A stretch of 64,000 nucleotides of DNA, from positions 32,001 to 96,000 of the forward strand of contig CAWDOD010000011.1 of NCBI GenBank assembly GCA_963803805.1, read 5' to 3'. This document shows positions 20,334-30,960 of this stretch, in pieces (position 1 is the first letter of the stretch; each line of letters starts with the position of its first letter). The stretch comes from an uncultured cyanobacterium (GTDB taxonomy: Bacteria > Cyanobacteriota > Cyanobacteriia > Cyanobacteriales > CAWCAG01). The notes below the pieces were generated by a model that was not told the DNA's origin, did no database searches, and was given only the letters and a program-made list of their open reading frames with translations. The position numbers and the translations under genes were made by a program.

Positions 20334-21218
20334 TTACTTATCACTTTGTTCTTCACTAGAAGGCTGATAAGTTTCTCCATCAGGCATTCTTGCACCAGTT
20401 AAATCCGCACCTTCAAAGTTAGCTCCGTAGATATTAGCATCGATTAAATTAGCCCTCTTCAGATTTGCTCCTTTAAAATTGCCTTTAATCAGGTTAGCGT
20501 GGGAAAGAATCGCCCTCTCTAAATTAGCTCCTTCTAAATTTGTTCCTTGCAAATTAGCATGGCTAAGATCAGCCATTTTCAAATTAGCTCTAGCTAGGTT
20601 TAACTGAGATAAATTAACCCCATGAAGATCAGCTAGCTGGAGGTTGATTTTCTCTAGATGTACTTGTTCAAAAGTGGCATTCTGTAAATATGTTTGGCTG
20701 AGATTAGCATCGACTAAGTGAGTTTGAGAGAATGTGGCTTTTCTCAAGTCAGACTGTGTTAAATTTGCTTCAGCTAAGTAGGCTTGAGTCAAGTTGGCAC
20801 TACCGAGCTTGGCTCTACTCAAGTCTGCATTAGCTAGAGAAGCTCTGGTTAAATTAGCGCTACTTAAGGAAGCATAAATTAAATAACTATCGTCTAAGTT
20901 GGCAAAAGTTAACGTGCAACTGCTTAAATTAGCATCCTTGAGATTAGCTCGGCTTAAGTCTGTGTAACTTAGATTGCTTGAATTCAAGTCAGCTTTCTCA
21001 AAAGAAGTGCAAGTTAAAGAAGTATTGGTTAAATTAGCATAACGTATGTCGGCTTGAGCTAAATTAGCCTTGCTCAAGTCAGCACCAGTTAAATTAGCTT
21101 CGTGCAAAATGATTTCCTGTAAATCTGCTCCTTGAAGAGATATTCCTCTTAAATCTGCTTCTCTAAATTCCCTTTTACCTTCAGCATATTGTTGAAGCAA
21201 TTCTTCAGCTTTCATCAT
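20334..21218 (-). CDS. pentapeptide repeat protein
   Basis: continuous A(N/D)Lxx repeats, C-terminal GARMPDG. Confidence 0.92.
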   Translation of the reverse strand: MMKAEELLQQYAEGKREFREADLRGISLQGADLQEIILHEANLTGADLSKANLAQADIRYANLTNTSLTCTSFEKADLNSSNLSYTDLSRANLKDANLSSCTLTFANLDDSYLIYASLSSANLTRASLANADLSRAKLGSANLTQAYLAEANLTQSDLRKATFSQTHLVDANLSQTYLQNATFEQVHLEKINLQLADLHGVNLSQLNLARANLKMADLSHANLQGTNLEGANLERAILSHANLIKGNFKGANLKRANLIDANIYGANFEGADLTGARMPDGETYQPSSEEQSDK

Positions 21219-21283
21219 AAATTCAATGCTTATTAAGTTGTCATAGTTTTACATATAAACCGCTAGCCACTAGCAACTAGCAA

Positions 21284-22837
21284 CTAGCTTTTTAACTGTT
21301 CAATCGTCGGCATTTTTGTAACCCGCATCAACTCAGTTATCGTAGCTATTTCTTGGTCGCGATTGCAGCCTGCTACTGCTAACACTTGCTTATCTTTGAC
21401 GTAGTAAGCAATAAATTCTTGCTCCTCAACGTTACCATCAATAATAACTTCATCCCAACTTGTTGCATGACCAGCGTAGCGAAGTTTTAAATCATATTGT
21501 CCTGTCCAAAAGAAAGGGATTCCTTTAAACTTAACTTCTTTTCCTGCCATATTATAGGCGGCGATGCGACCATGTTGAGCTGCTAAACGCCAATGTTCAA
21601 TGCGAGTGGGTTCTTCTGTTTGCCAGTAGGGAAAGCGAGCAATATCTCCGGCTGCATATAAACTTTCTTTTACCTGGAGGTATTCGTTGGTAGGAACACT
21701 GTGATCTTTTTCATTAATTTCTACTCCTTTTAAGTAATCGGTGGCAGGCTCTACTCCTACCCCAACTACTACTAAATCCGCAGTTAAGGAAGTGCCGTTT
21801 TTGAGAATTACCTCCTCAACTTTACCGTTTCCGACAAACTTAGTTGCTTTGGTTTCACTATGGAAAACCACACCATTTTTTTCATGTAATTGACGGAACA
21901 TCTGCCCAATTTCTTCCCCAAGAATAGAGGCAAAGGGGACTGCATCGGGAGATACTACCGTGACAGCAATGTCTTGTTTCCTTAGACTTGCGGCAACCTC
22001 CATCCCAATAAAACTAGAGCCAATTACTACCGCTTGAGATGCTTCTTGAGCCGCAGCGACAATTTGTTGGGCATCTTCATGATTGCGTAGGGTGAAGATG
22101 TTTTTTAGCTCAAACCCAGGGACATCAAGTTTTCTCGCTTTGCAGCCTGTGGCTAGGAGCAAGGCATCGTAATTCATGGTTGAATCATCGGCAAAGGTAA
22201 TTTGTTTTTGGGTGGCATCAACTTCCTTAACGCGATGATTGGTAAGCACTTCAATATTGTGTTGTTGATAAAATTGTTGCGATCGCAAGGGTAAGGAATT
22301 ATCGCCGCTTTTTCCTTGTAAGTATTTCTTACTCAACATAGTGCGGTCATAGGGCAGCTCATCGGCGGCGGTGAGCATCACCACTCTGCCTTGAAACCCA
22401 GCTTGACGCAAAGTCTCAGCCCCATTAATTCCTGCTACTCCTGCCCCTAAAATCACAAACACTCTGCTATCAGCATCCGGATTATAGCTGGCCATGTTAG
22501 GAACACACTGCTGAGGTGCATTTTCAGGAACTGTGACTACAATATCATTTCCTTTAACTTCTACTTCATAAGCCGGTAAATCATCTAAAGCCGGGGGTTC
22601 AAGCATTTCGCCGTTTTTAGCCTGAAAACAAGCATTATGCCAAGGACAAACCAGGCGATCGCCTTTGAGAACTCCATTGATTAATTTAGCCCCATAATGA
22701 GTACAATTGGCCCCAGTAGCAAAGAATTTCCCTTCTACTTTAGTCAGCAAAACCTTAGTTTTTGCTACGGAAACTTCTTTCATTTCCCCATCTTGCAAAT
22801 CACTAACCTGGGCAACAACAGTGCTAATGCTACTCAT
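21284..22837 (-). CDS. Rieske [2Fe-2S] + FAD-dependent oxidoreductase (AIFM3-like)
   Basis: CTHYG and CPWH Rieske motifs; GAGVAG, LLLATG, GSSFIGME, AAGD, EHW. Confidence 0.9.
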   Translation of the reverse strand: MSSISTVVAQVSDLQDGEMKEVSVAKTKVLLTKVEGKFFATGANCTHYGAKLINGVLKGDRLVCPWHNACFQAKNGEMLEPPALDDLPAYEVEVKGNDIVVTVPENAPQQCVPNMASYNPDADSRVFVILGAGVAGINGAETLRQAGFQGRVVMLTAADELPYDRTMLSKKYLQGKSGDNSLPLRSQQFYQQHNIEVLTNHRVKEVDATQKQITFADDSTMNYDALLLATGCKARKLDVPGFELKNIFTLRNHEDAQQIVAAAQEASQAVVIGSSFIGMEVAASLRKQDIAVTVVSPDAVPFASILGEEIGQMFRQLHEKNGVVFHSETKATKFVGNGKVEEVILKNGTSLTADLVVVGVGVEPATDYLKGVEINEKDHSVPTNEYLQVKESLYAAGDIARFPYWQTEEPTRIEHWRLAAQHGRIAAYNMAGKEVKFKGIPFFWTGQYDLKLRYAGHATSWDEVIIDGNVEEQEFIAYYVKDKQVLAVAGCNRDQEIATITELMRVTKMPTIEQLKS

Positions 22838-23069
22838 TTATCCTTCCTTGATACCTATATTTTCTACCTTCTCAAAAGCAGTCAAGACAACCATCTGGCG
22901 AAAGTGATAACAACCACAGCTTAGTAATTGACCCTAAGATAGATAGATATAGCACTTTGTGGGTAGTTGACCTTAATTAAGGTAGATAAAAGTCAATCTC
23001 CAGGTAATTGGCTAATTAAGGGGGTAGAGATATCATCTCCTTAGATAAGAGGCGAATTTACCATTAACT

Positions 23070-23483
23070 ATGTATGTAATCGTTGTAGGTGGAGGGTTAG
23101 TTGCCCGTTCCTTAATATCTCAAGCAATTGAAGATGGCCATGCCGTAGCAGTTATAGAAGAAGATGAAGAACGGGCTAGAGTAATGTTGAAACAACATGA
23201 TCAGGTACAAGTCTTTCAAGCAAGTATTGCTCAAGGTGGGATTCTAGAGGAAGCTGGAGGCAAAAAAGCAGATGTGTTATTTGCCACCACCGAAGACGAT
23301 TCAGCTAACTTAATGGCTATGGTTTTAGGAAAAGAATATGGCATTAAGCATCTTGTGACTATGCTTAGCGATCGCAAACATAAAGATATGTTTGAAAAAC
23401 TGGGTTTTCAAGTATTAGTAGATCCAGAAAAACTTATCGCCCAGCGATTATTCAGTTTTGTGGACAAGTCTGAGAAAGAGTAA
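23070..23483 (+). CDS. trkA: TrkA family RCK-N potassium uptake protein
   Basis: VIVVGGGLVA Rossmann start, ATTEDDSANL; stop overlaps trkH start. Confidence 0.8.
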   Translation: MYVIVVGGGLVARSLISQAIEDGHAVAVIEEDEERARVMLKQHDQVQVFQASIAQGGILEEAGGKKADVLFATTEDDSANLMAMVLGKEYGIKHLVTMLSDRKHKDMFEKLGFQVLVDPEKLIAQRLFSFVDKSEKE

Positions 23484-25003
23484 TGAATCCTTACCTCAAG
23501 ACGATTTGCCGCGATCTTGGTTTACTACTGCATATTCCCGGAGCTATGGCTCTAATATCGGTGTTAGTATCCTTAGCCTGGGGAGAAGTATATGCAGTGC
23601 GCCCTTTTATTGTTACGGCTATAGTTACTTTTGTGACTGGTCAAGTATTTTATCAGCAATGCAAACAGCCTAAATCATTAAAGATGCGTCATGCGATGGC
23701 GATCGCTGCCCTTGGTTGGCTGATTTTACCTTTGTTTGCAGCGATTCCCTTTTTAATGATTGCTACTAAACTAGCTGCTTATACGGATACTGGAGCAACA
23801 GTTTTGTACTTTCAAAAACCTTGGAATGCTGTATTTGAAGCTTTTTCTGGGTTCAGCAGTGCTGGTTTAACCATGGCTATTCGGGCGAGTGAATTACCCC
23901 ATTGTTTACAATGGTGGCGCTCTTTGATGCAATGGGTAGGAGGGGTTGGGGTTATTGTTTTAGTTCTCTCTGTCCTCGAACCTAGTACTGATCCCTATCA
24001 ACTTTACAGTGCCGAAGGACGTTCTAAAACCATTGGCTTGACAGTAAGGGCAACGGTACGCAAGATTTGGTGGATTTATATTCTCTATACCATCGCTAGC
24101 ATCATGCTTTTACGGGTGGCAGGAATGGGTTGGTGGGATGCCCTTAATCATGGTATGGCTGGTATCTCTACCGGAGGTTTTAGTACTCAAGATGATAATC
24201 TTGGTTCTTTTGCTCCTAGTGTCCAAATTGCCGCTATTCCCATTATGATTTTGGGGGCAGTAAGCTTTGCAATGCACTATCAAGTCTTACGCTACGGCAA
24301 TATAGGAGTTTTGTGGAAAAATACCCAACATCGAGCTTTGGTTATTTTACTATTGTTGGGTACTCTGTTACTTTTGCTGGCTAACTATTCTTTAGATAAT
24401 ACCTGGCTGTGGCGAGATACTATTTTTCAATGGGCTTCCGCTTTAGGAACCTGCGGATTTGGTAGTACGGATCTTAAAGGGTGGAGTGATAGTGCTAAGT
24501 TGTTGTTAACTATGGCTATGTTCATTGGCGGCACTGCTGGTTCAACGGTAGGGGGCATAAAATTAGAACGGGCGGTGGTTCTTTATAAAGCAATATTGTG
24601 GCGCTTCCAACGCTTGAAAATGAAGCCCCACCAAATGATGCGTTTCAAGTTAAACGGGGAAGTTTTAACTGAAGCTGAAGCAAGTCATAGGGTGGAAGGA
24701 GCCGCCGTTTTGGCCCTATTGTGGTTAGGAATGGTGATTGTCGGTATCTTTGTGTTGTTGCAGCTAGCCTTGCCAGCCCACACCTTAATTGATGTTATTT
24801 TTGAAGTCACCTCAGCCCTTGGTAGTGTTGGTTTATCTACTGGTATTACTAGCCCTTCTTTGCAATGGCCTGGTAAATTGGCCCTGATTATGTTTATGTG
24901 GATGGGAAGATTAGAAATTATTCCCGTTTTAGTATTAATTTCTGCTTGCCTCAAACCTTTTGCTATTCATCGTCCGGCTTCTAGGAGATTGAGGAATAAG
25001 TAA
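23483..25003 (+). CDS. trkH: TrkH family potassium uptake protein
   Basis: FEAFSGFS, STGGFS, GGTAGSTVGGIK, MWMGRLEI. Confidence 0.9.
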   Translation: MNPYLKTICRDLGLLLHIPGAMALISVLVSLAWGEVYAVRPFIVTAIVTFVTGQVFYQQCKQPKSLKMRHAMAIAALGWLILPLFAAIPFLMIATKLAAYTDTGATVLYFQKPWNAVFEAFSGFSSAGLTMAIRASELPHCLQWWRSLMQWVGGVGVIVLVLSVLEPSTDPYQLYSAEGRSKTIGLTVRATVRKIWWIYILYTIASIMLLRVAGMGWWDALNHGMAGISTGGFSTQDDNLGSFAPSVQIAAIPIMILGAVSFAMHYQVLRYGNIGVLWKNTQHRALVILLLLGTLLLLLANYSLDNTWLWRDTIFQWASALGTCGFGSTDLKGWSDSAKLLLTMAMFIGGTAGSTVGGIKLERAVVLYKAILWRFQRLKMKPHQMMRFKLNGEVLTEAEASHRVEGAAVLALLWLGMVIVGIFVLLQLALPAHTLIDVIFEVTSALGSVGLSTGITSPSLQWPGKLALIMFMWMGRLEIIPVLVLISACLKPFAIHRPASRRLRNK

Positions 25004-25042
25004 TTAAGGCTCAGGGGTAAAATGTTTAATGACAAATGATCA

Positions 25043-26224
25043 ATGACAAATAAGATGGCTAATTGGCAACAAGCGATCGCACATATTGCTCATGATGCGG
25101 AACAGCATTTTGATAAGTTGAGTTTTCGTTTGAAAAAGCGTTTAGGAATTAATGATCCTCTGCAAGTTCTTCCTTATTTAGGTTATGGGACAAAAAACTT
25201 GCTTCGGTTTAGGGGTCGAGTTTTAGAAGATGAAGGTATCACTAAAGCCAGCGATCGCGATACAGTTTGGCACAATTTGCTTAATATGTATAAACGCTTG
25301 GAAAGTGATGAAGTACCTGGGGCTAAGGTAGAAGTTATTTTCAATGAGCAAGAAATTGAGTTTGTGGCTGATGAAGAAGGTTTTTTCTTGGTAGAACTTT
25401 CTCTCGACAAAGCTTTAGAAAAAGATGCTTATTGGCAAGAAGTTAACTTAGAATTAATTGAGCCAAAAAGCAAGAAGCAATCCGGTGTAAGTGCGGTGGC
25501 TAGGGTGATGATTCCCCCTGAGAAAGCTGAATTTGGTGTTATCAGCGACATTGACGATACAATCTTGCAAACCCATGCTTTTGATTGGTTACAAATGGCT
25601 CGTTTAGTGTTTCTTAATAATGCCCATACTCGCTTACCTTTTTTGGGAGTTGCTAGTTTTTATCAAGCTTTACAAAGAGGGATTAAGGGTGATAATTACA
25701 ACCCGATTTTCTATGTTTCTAGTAGTCCTTGGAACTTTTTTGATTTGTTGTGGGAGTTTATCGAGTTAAACGAAATTCCGGTTGGTCCTTTACTTTTACG
25801 AGATTACGGACTTTCTCAAGAAGATCCCTTTTCTGATGGTCATGAAAACCATAAACTCAGCAAAATTAAGCCTATTCTAGAATTATATACTGATTTATCT
25901 TTTATTTTAATTGGGGATAGTGGTCAAAAAGATCCAGAGATTTATACTCAAGTAGTACGGGATTATCCTGGACGCATTTTAGCTATTTATATTCGTGATG
26001 TAACTACTTCCCCTAGTCGCCAAGAAACGATTAATATTTTAGCAAAAGAAGTTAGTTCTTTAGGTAGTCAGTTAATTTTAGTTCCCGATACAGTTTCTGC
26101 GGCTAAACACGCTATTGAAAAAGGGTGGATACCGGCTACAAGTTTGCCAGTTATTAAGACTCAGAAAGAGGAAGATGCGAAGGAACCAGGGGAGTTAGAA
26201 CAGTTGTTGCAAACGGCGAAGTAA
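25043..26224 (+). CDS. App1/DUF2183 family phosphatase
   Basis: GVISDIDDT, FYVSSSPWN, LIGDSGQKDPEIY, AIYIR. Confidence 0.85.
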   Translation: MTNKMANWQQAIAHIAHDAEQHFDKLSFRLKKRLGINDPLQVLPYLGYGTKNLLRFRGRVLEDEGITKASDRDTVWHNLLNMYKRLESDEVPGAKVEVIFNEQEIEFVADEEGFFLVELSLDKALEKDAYWQEVNLELIEPKSKKQSGVSAVARVMIPPEKAEFGVISDIDDTILQTHAFDWLQMARLVFLNNAHTRLPFLGVASFYQALQRGIKGDNYNPIFYVSSSPWNFFDLLWEFIELNEIPVGPLLLRDYGLSQEDPFSDGHENHKLSKIKPILELYTDLSFILIGDSGQKDPEIYTQVVRDYPGRILAIYIRDVTTSPSRQETINILAKEVSSLGSQLILVPDTVSAAKHAIEKGWIPATSLPVIKTQKEEDAKEPGELEQLLQTAK

Positions 26225-26253
26225 TAGCAAATCCTATTTTAACCCAATTTGCT

Positions 26254-26415
26254 ATGAGAGCATCTCAAATTGGTAAATACAGGCTTTAGCCGTCAACTTG
26301 ATATTAGCTTCACTGAAGCAGCAAGAAATGTATTCTTAAAGCTAACAGCTAACAGCTAACAGCTAATAGCTAACTTCACAGACAAACTATTTCTGCAAAA
26401 CTGAGATGCTCCCAT
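26254..26415. mobile_element. MITE with internal (GCTAACA)n tract
   Basis: ATGAGAGCATCTCA ... TGAGATGCTCCCAT terminal inverted repeats. Confidence 0.65.
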
Positions 26416-26422
26416 TTGGTAT

Positions 26423-26549
26423 TAAGCTGATGTGCATTTAAACTGTGTATTACTCAACTAAGAAATAAGCCCTAAAAACCTCCCCCCATCTCCCTATCTC
26501 CCCATCTCCCCATCAAACCTAATAAGTAAATTAAATGCCTGACAGCTTA
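26423..26549. mobile_element. MITE, left copy of the pair flanking the defence island
   Basis: ends TAAGCTGATGTGCATTTAA / TTAAATGCCTGACAGCTTA; inverted near-copy at 38951-39047. Confidence 0.8.
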
Positions 26550-26550
26550 C

Positions 26551-29500
26551 TCAATTACTTCCCCATCTATCTTGGCAGTAATTACGAATTTCGCTAGGTT
26601 TGTCTAATTTTCTGGTGGAGTTGTTGACACGGATAAATAAGCTTTCTTCTTGTTCACCATTTTTGTTTTTAGTCTGAATATAAATAGGGCGAGGGGAAGG
26701 TTGTACAGTTATTTTACAAACGTCTTTTTGTTCTACTTTAGAGAAGGTTATACAAACATAAGGGGCGGAGTCTTTGCCTATTTCTCTTTGTAAGAGTAAG
26801 TCCGTTAAAAATAGTTCATAGGCATCTTGTTTGTTACCTTTTTTCAGAGTTTGATAATCTGCCTCTAAGCCAATTACGTTACCGTTATCTTCAACGCCAA
26901 TTAATAATGTTCCCCCGCGACTATTTAGGAAGGCGGTGACGGTTTTGACGATGATTTGTTCCATAACTTTACTCTTTTTGTTCTCCCGCAAGTCCCAACG
27001 GGCAGTAGATTTAAACTCTAAGGTGGCGCTTTCTCCTTGGGTGATTAAGTTGACTATTTCTGGATCGCCAGATAGGGGAGTAAAGTTATGATATTCTGTG
27101 AGGGCTGCTTGTTTTGTTTCTTCAGAAATGAGGGGGAAGGTGTTAAGAATGTGTTTGAATTCTTGTTCTGTTAAGCCGTAAATATGGGCGATGATGCCAT
27201 CAAGTTCGGCGCGAAGTTTTGCTCTTTGGGTTTCGTCCGTTACGCCGTTTTTATGGGATTCTAAGCCAATTTCTTGGGCAAGTTGGTCAAATTCTGGAGT
27301 TGTGCAAATGAGTTTTGCGGCACGTTCTACTATTTGTTGGAAGTGTTTATCTTTTTCGGTTAGGCGGGGGATGGGGAGTTGATAAACGTAGAACATATTA
27401 CAATGAGCAGTGACTTTTTGGCGAATAACCCAGTCACAACAAAAACTATTTAGTATGGAAACTACTAATAATGATTCTTGAATATTCTCTAAAGGATTAG
27501 CAATTACTAAAGTATTTCCAGTAAAAATGTTTTCAGAAATAATTGTGGCAATCATTGTTCTTTTATCTGTATTCCTAGCAATATCTCTAAATCCCAAACG
27601 ATAACATTGATAATCTAAGGTTTGACCTTTATCTTCTTGACCTCTTTTTAATACAGCTTCTCTTCCCTCTTCTTCATCAATCCAATATCTCGGTTCAGCC
27701 CATTGATGAGTAAACTGATGAATCATTTTCCCTTCATACAAGGGGAGTCTTCCTTTTGCTGGTTCAGTTTTGAACAAATACGCATCATCAGTCATATTCA
27801 ACTCACGATGTAATTCTAAATTCCATTTACCAGGTATTTCTTCCCCCAATAAAGGAAATTTCGCCATTTTTTCAGCGATAGTAACATCTAAATTACTTTT
27901 AAACTCCATCACTGAGATAGAATCCGGTGATAACTTTTTAATCAATTCAATTGAAATATTTAAGGTTTCTTCATCAGGAAAATGCTGTAATTCTTGCACA
28001 TCGTGACGCATAAACTTAGCCGGAAATTGTTTTGTTTGACTATTCTTTTCAAAAGTTAAAACCACAAACTTAAAACTTCTGTGAACTCCTTCAAAAATAG
28101 TCTTGCGATTTTCAAAACAGAATAATCCTGTTACTTTCGTTTCAGTAAACAACATTTCCCGGAGTTGCTTACTACCTAAATCTGTATAAATCCCACTAGG
28201 TATTACCAAACCACATTCACCATGAGAACTTAAAAGATTATGACATTGTTCAACAAACAATTTATACAAATTTATATCTTTGCCATGTCTCCTACCATTA
28301 ATAATAGGAACTTGATTCTCATATTGAGGTGCAATTCTAAAGTATTCTCTTGTATGCTTGAAATTACTTTGGTATTTTAACCAGTGTTTCTGTATAGTTT
28401 TATTAGCAAGTAAACGTTTTTGTTCAGCTTTAAATGCTTTTAAAGACATTTTCTTTTTAGAAACGTCCTCACTATACTGACTAAAAAATTCTTTGGCATC
28501 ATGCTGAAATATCTCCCAAGGTGGATTAGTAATAATCGCATCAAACCCGCCTTTATCCGCAATCACCTCGTTAAAATGATAGCCCCAATGAAAGGGCTTC
28601 AATCTAGCAATATCCTCTATTTTCAATAACCGCTTCTTTGCCTTCCCTTTCAATTGTGCTTCTTCGTACTTAATCCCTAACTTGCTACTAAACTCATCTA
28701 ACAATAACTGATTCAACTTTTGGGTTGATTCTCTATTAACTAACTGAATATGATCACGTAAACTTTGTAAGCGAGAATCTTGATCTGTCCCTTCCACATC
28801 CCCAGACTTAAAAGCGTGTTCCTTGTACATAGCCACACTTTTATTCTTCTCTACCAGAATTTTTTGATACTCTGAAGCTGCTAACTGAGGTAAAAAATTT
28901 CCTTGCACTGCTACGGGTTCAAAAATAGCTTTTTGAGTGGGTTCAACTCCATACTTTTGCTGCCCCTCCAAACTAGAAAAAGCATCTCCATCCACTTGTA
29001 TTAAACCAATCAAAGAATTACCCACCATAATATTAAAATCAATATTAGGTAAAGGTTCCAACTCTTCCTTTGTTTGTGCGGAAGAAACCAAAGCTAAAAA
29101 CAACCGCAACTTAGCAATTTCTGTAGCTTCCTCCATGATATCCACACCATAGAGATTGTCGGTAATAATGCGCTTTTTAACAAAATAAGCTAAAGAAGGA
29201 TGGGAATTATGAATCTCTTTTAGCCATTTTTTTAACTTCCGACTTCCCTTTAACTCAATCGTACCAATTACTGCTGTGTAAACAGAAATTAGCGTCTTCA
29301 TTCCTGCTACTAAAAATGCCCCCGAACCACAAGCAGGATCAAGTATAGTTAAATTAGGTAAAATATCTGCAACTAAAAGACTACAAAGATTACTATCTAA
29401 CTTCAACAACAACTCATTAACACTCTTGAAATCCGTCTTCCCCTGATTATTAACCCGATCTACAATCAACTTATTAATAGTGCGATCGCATAAATATTCT

Positions 29501-30549
29501 GTAATCTCCGGACGAGTATAATAAGCCCCGTACTCTTTTTGGTTAATATATTTTTCAAAAATATAACCCAACACATCGGGATTCATCTCATCATCTTTTC
29601 CCCCCGGAGTATCATCAAGATTCCAAGAATAACGAGAAAATAAATCTAAAACCTCCTCAAAAGCCGCATCAGCAATAAAAATTTCAGTGTATTTCTGTTC
29701 AATAGGATGTTGCAGAAATAGCCCCCCGTTGAGATATTTAACCTCACCAATCAACTCAACAACAGCATCATCTCGTTCACTTTCTCCCTTACCAAAGCCA
29801 TCAAAAAATAGCGCTTGTAAAAACTCCCGATAATATCGATCTTCTCCCCTCGCCTTACTTGCAACTAACTTATTTTGTAAATAATCAACATCAGTATCAA
29901 TAAACCCCTTGCGTTGCAAAAAATAGACAAACATCAAACGATTCAACAACACAGAAGTATACCAACGACGGTCACTTTCAGTATCAATTCCTTTCACAAA
30001 ATCAAGAAAATGTAAATGCTGTTCTTGAAACTCTTGATAAAACTTCTTAGTAACTCGTTCAATATCAAAAGCACTTTCAAGTTTTTTAGCAACTTCAACA
30101 ACAGAAAGCCCTTCATACTCTTCTAATTTAGTAATATCAAGAATCAAAGAACTTAACTTACTTAAAAATGAATCCCCCGGTTGCCCCTTCACATAAAGAT
30201 GATCACGAATATAACGCTTTGTCCCCTCTCGCTTCACCCAATACCATAAACTGCGTGTCCTCTCCTCATCCACAAAAATTAACAGGTTTTCCGCCACCCG
30301 TTGTTCAATTTCTTTATGTATCGCTGTGCGAATCTTCCCATCAGGAATCTCTCCTTCTGCCCCAGTTACCTCAAAAATAGCCACCTTCGCTGCTTCGGCT
30401 ATCCTATAGTAATTATAAGTTTTTTCCTCAATTTCCAAGGACTCCAACTTCTTGCTAGATGGTTGATTCCACCCTAATTCCTCAATAAATGCGTCCTGAA
30501 AGCGAAACTCGTCTACAAAATCACGGATACGTTCAAAATTGAGTGCCAT
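26551..30549 (-). CDS. type IIG/Eco57I-like N6-adenine DNA methyltransferase with C-terminal AlbA_2 (Schlafen-like) domain
   Basis: GAYYT, LDPACGSGAF (motif I), NPPW (motif IV), TRD region; tail GESATLEFKS...AFLNSRGGTLLIGVEDNG...FIRVNNST. Confidence 0.88.
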   Translation of the reverse strand: MALNFERIRDFVDEFRFQDAFIEELGWNQPSSKKLESLEIEEKTYNYYRIAEAAKVAIFEVTGAEGEIPDGKIRTAIHKEIEQRVAENLLIFVDEERTRSLWYWVKREGTKRYIRDHLYVKGQPGDSFLSKLSSLILDITKLEEYEGLSVVEVAKKLESAFDIERVTKKFYQEFQEQHLHFLDFVKGIDTESDRRWYTSVLLNRLMFVYFLQRKGFIDTDVDYLQNKLVASKARGEDRYYREFLQALFFDGFGKGESERDDAVVELIGEVKYLNGGLFLQHPIEQKYTEIFIADAAFEEVLDLFSRYSWNLDDTPGGKDDEMNPDVLGYIFEKYINQKEYGAYYTRPEITEYLCDRTINKLIVDRVNNQGKTDFKSVNELLLKLDSNLCSLLVADILPNLTILDPACGSGAFLVAGMKTLISVYTAVIGTIELKGSRKLKKWLKEIHNSHPSLAYFVKKRIITDNLYGVDIMEEATEIAKLRLFLALVSSAQTKEELEPLPNIDFNIMVGNSLIGLIQVDGDAFSSLEGQQKYGVEPTQKAIFEPVAVQGNFLPQLAASEYQKILVEKNKSVAMYKEHAFKSGDVEGTDQDSRLQSLRDHIQLVNRESTQKLNQLLLDEFSSKLGIKYEEAQLKGKAKKRLLKIEDIARLKPFHWGYHFNEVIADKGGFDAIITNPPWEIFQHDAKEFFSQYSEDVSKKKMSLKAFKAEQKRLLANKTIQKHWLKYQSNFKHTREYFRIAPQYENQVPIINGRRHGKDINLYKLFVEQCHNLLSSHGECGLVIPSGIYTDLGSKQLREMLFTETKVTGLFCFENRKTIFEGVHRSFKFVVLTFEKNSQTKQFPAKFMRHDVQELQHFPDEETLNISIELIKKLSPDSISVMEFKSNLDVTIAEKMAKFPLLGEEIPGKWNLELHRELNMTDDAYLFKTEPAKGRLPLYEGKMIHQFTHQWAEPRYWIDEEEGREAVLKRGQEDKGQTLDYQCYRLGFRDIARNTDKRTMIATIISENIFTGNTLVIANPLENIQESLLVVSILNSFCCDWVIRQKVTAHCNMFYVYQLPIPRLTEKDKHFQQIVERAAKLICTTPEFDQLAQEIGLESHKNGVTDETQRAKLRAELDGIIAHIYGLTEQEFKHILNTFPLISEETKQAALTEYHNFTPLSGDPEIVNLITQGESATLEFKSTARWDLRENKKSKVMEQIIVKTVTAFLNSRGGTLLIGVEDNGNVIGLEADYQTLKKGNKQDAYELFLTDLLLQREIGKDSAPYVCITFSKVEQKDVCKITVQPSPRPIYIQTKNKNGEQEESLFIRVNNSTRKLDKPSEIRNYCQDRWGSN

Positions 30550-30603
30550 CAGTATACTTAATTTCTACCTTAATATTTTAGGCTAAATTTCCCATCTATA
30601 GCC

Positions 30604-30960
30604 TTAATCTACAGTTTCAGCCCCTGTAGCAAAACCCGTAAACTCCCGTATCTCAGGTTCATGAAACGCCAAAACTATATCCTGCTTAGGTACTCCCATC
30701 TCAACTAAGCGGTTAGCAAATCCCCCCTCTGTACCATCATGCTGAATCCAGATTTTTCCCTTCTTAATATCCATATGCACAATGCAACCAAAATCCCGCT
30801 TATTGCCGCGCCAACCCACATACAGTAATTGATAGTGATCTTGCTGGATATCAAATACAGTTTGAACTTCATACTCTGGTGCATTCCGTTGCTGTGAAGC
30901 CTGTTTAGCCCGCTCAGAAAGAAGATGTTTTATATACTGACGATATTGTTCTACAGCCAT
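30604..30960 (-). CDS. xisI: XisI family protein
   Basis: DHYQLLYVGW, HMDIKKGKIWIQHDGTE, GVPKQDIVLAFH. Confidence 0.9.
   Translation of the reverse strand: MAVEQYRQYIKHLLSERAKQASQQRNAPEYEVQTVFDIQQDHYQLLYVGWRGNKRDFGCIVHMDIKKGKIWIQHDGTEGGFANRLVEMGVPKQDIVLAFHEPEIREFTGFATGAETVD

Noticed and set aside
27400-28520. Swapped target-recognition domain suggested by an AT-richer stretch of the methyltransferase
   Set aside because: Impression by eye only; needs a GC profile and homolog alignment.
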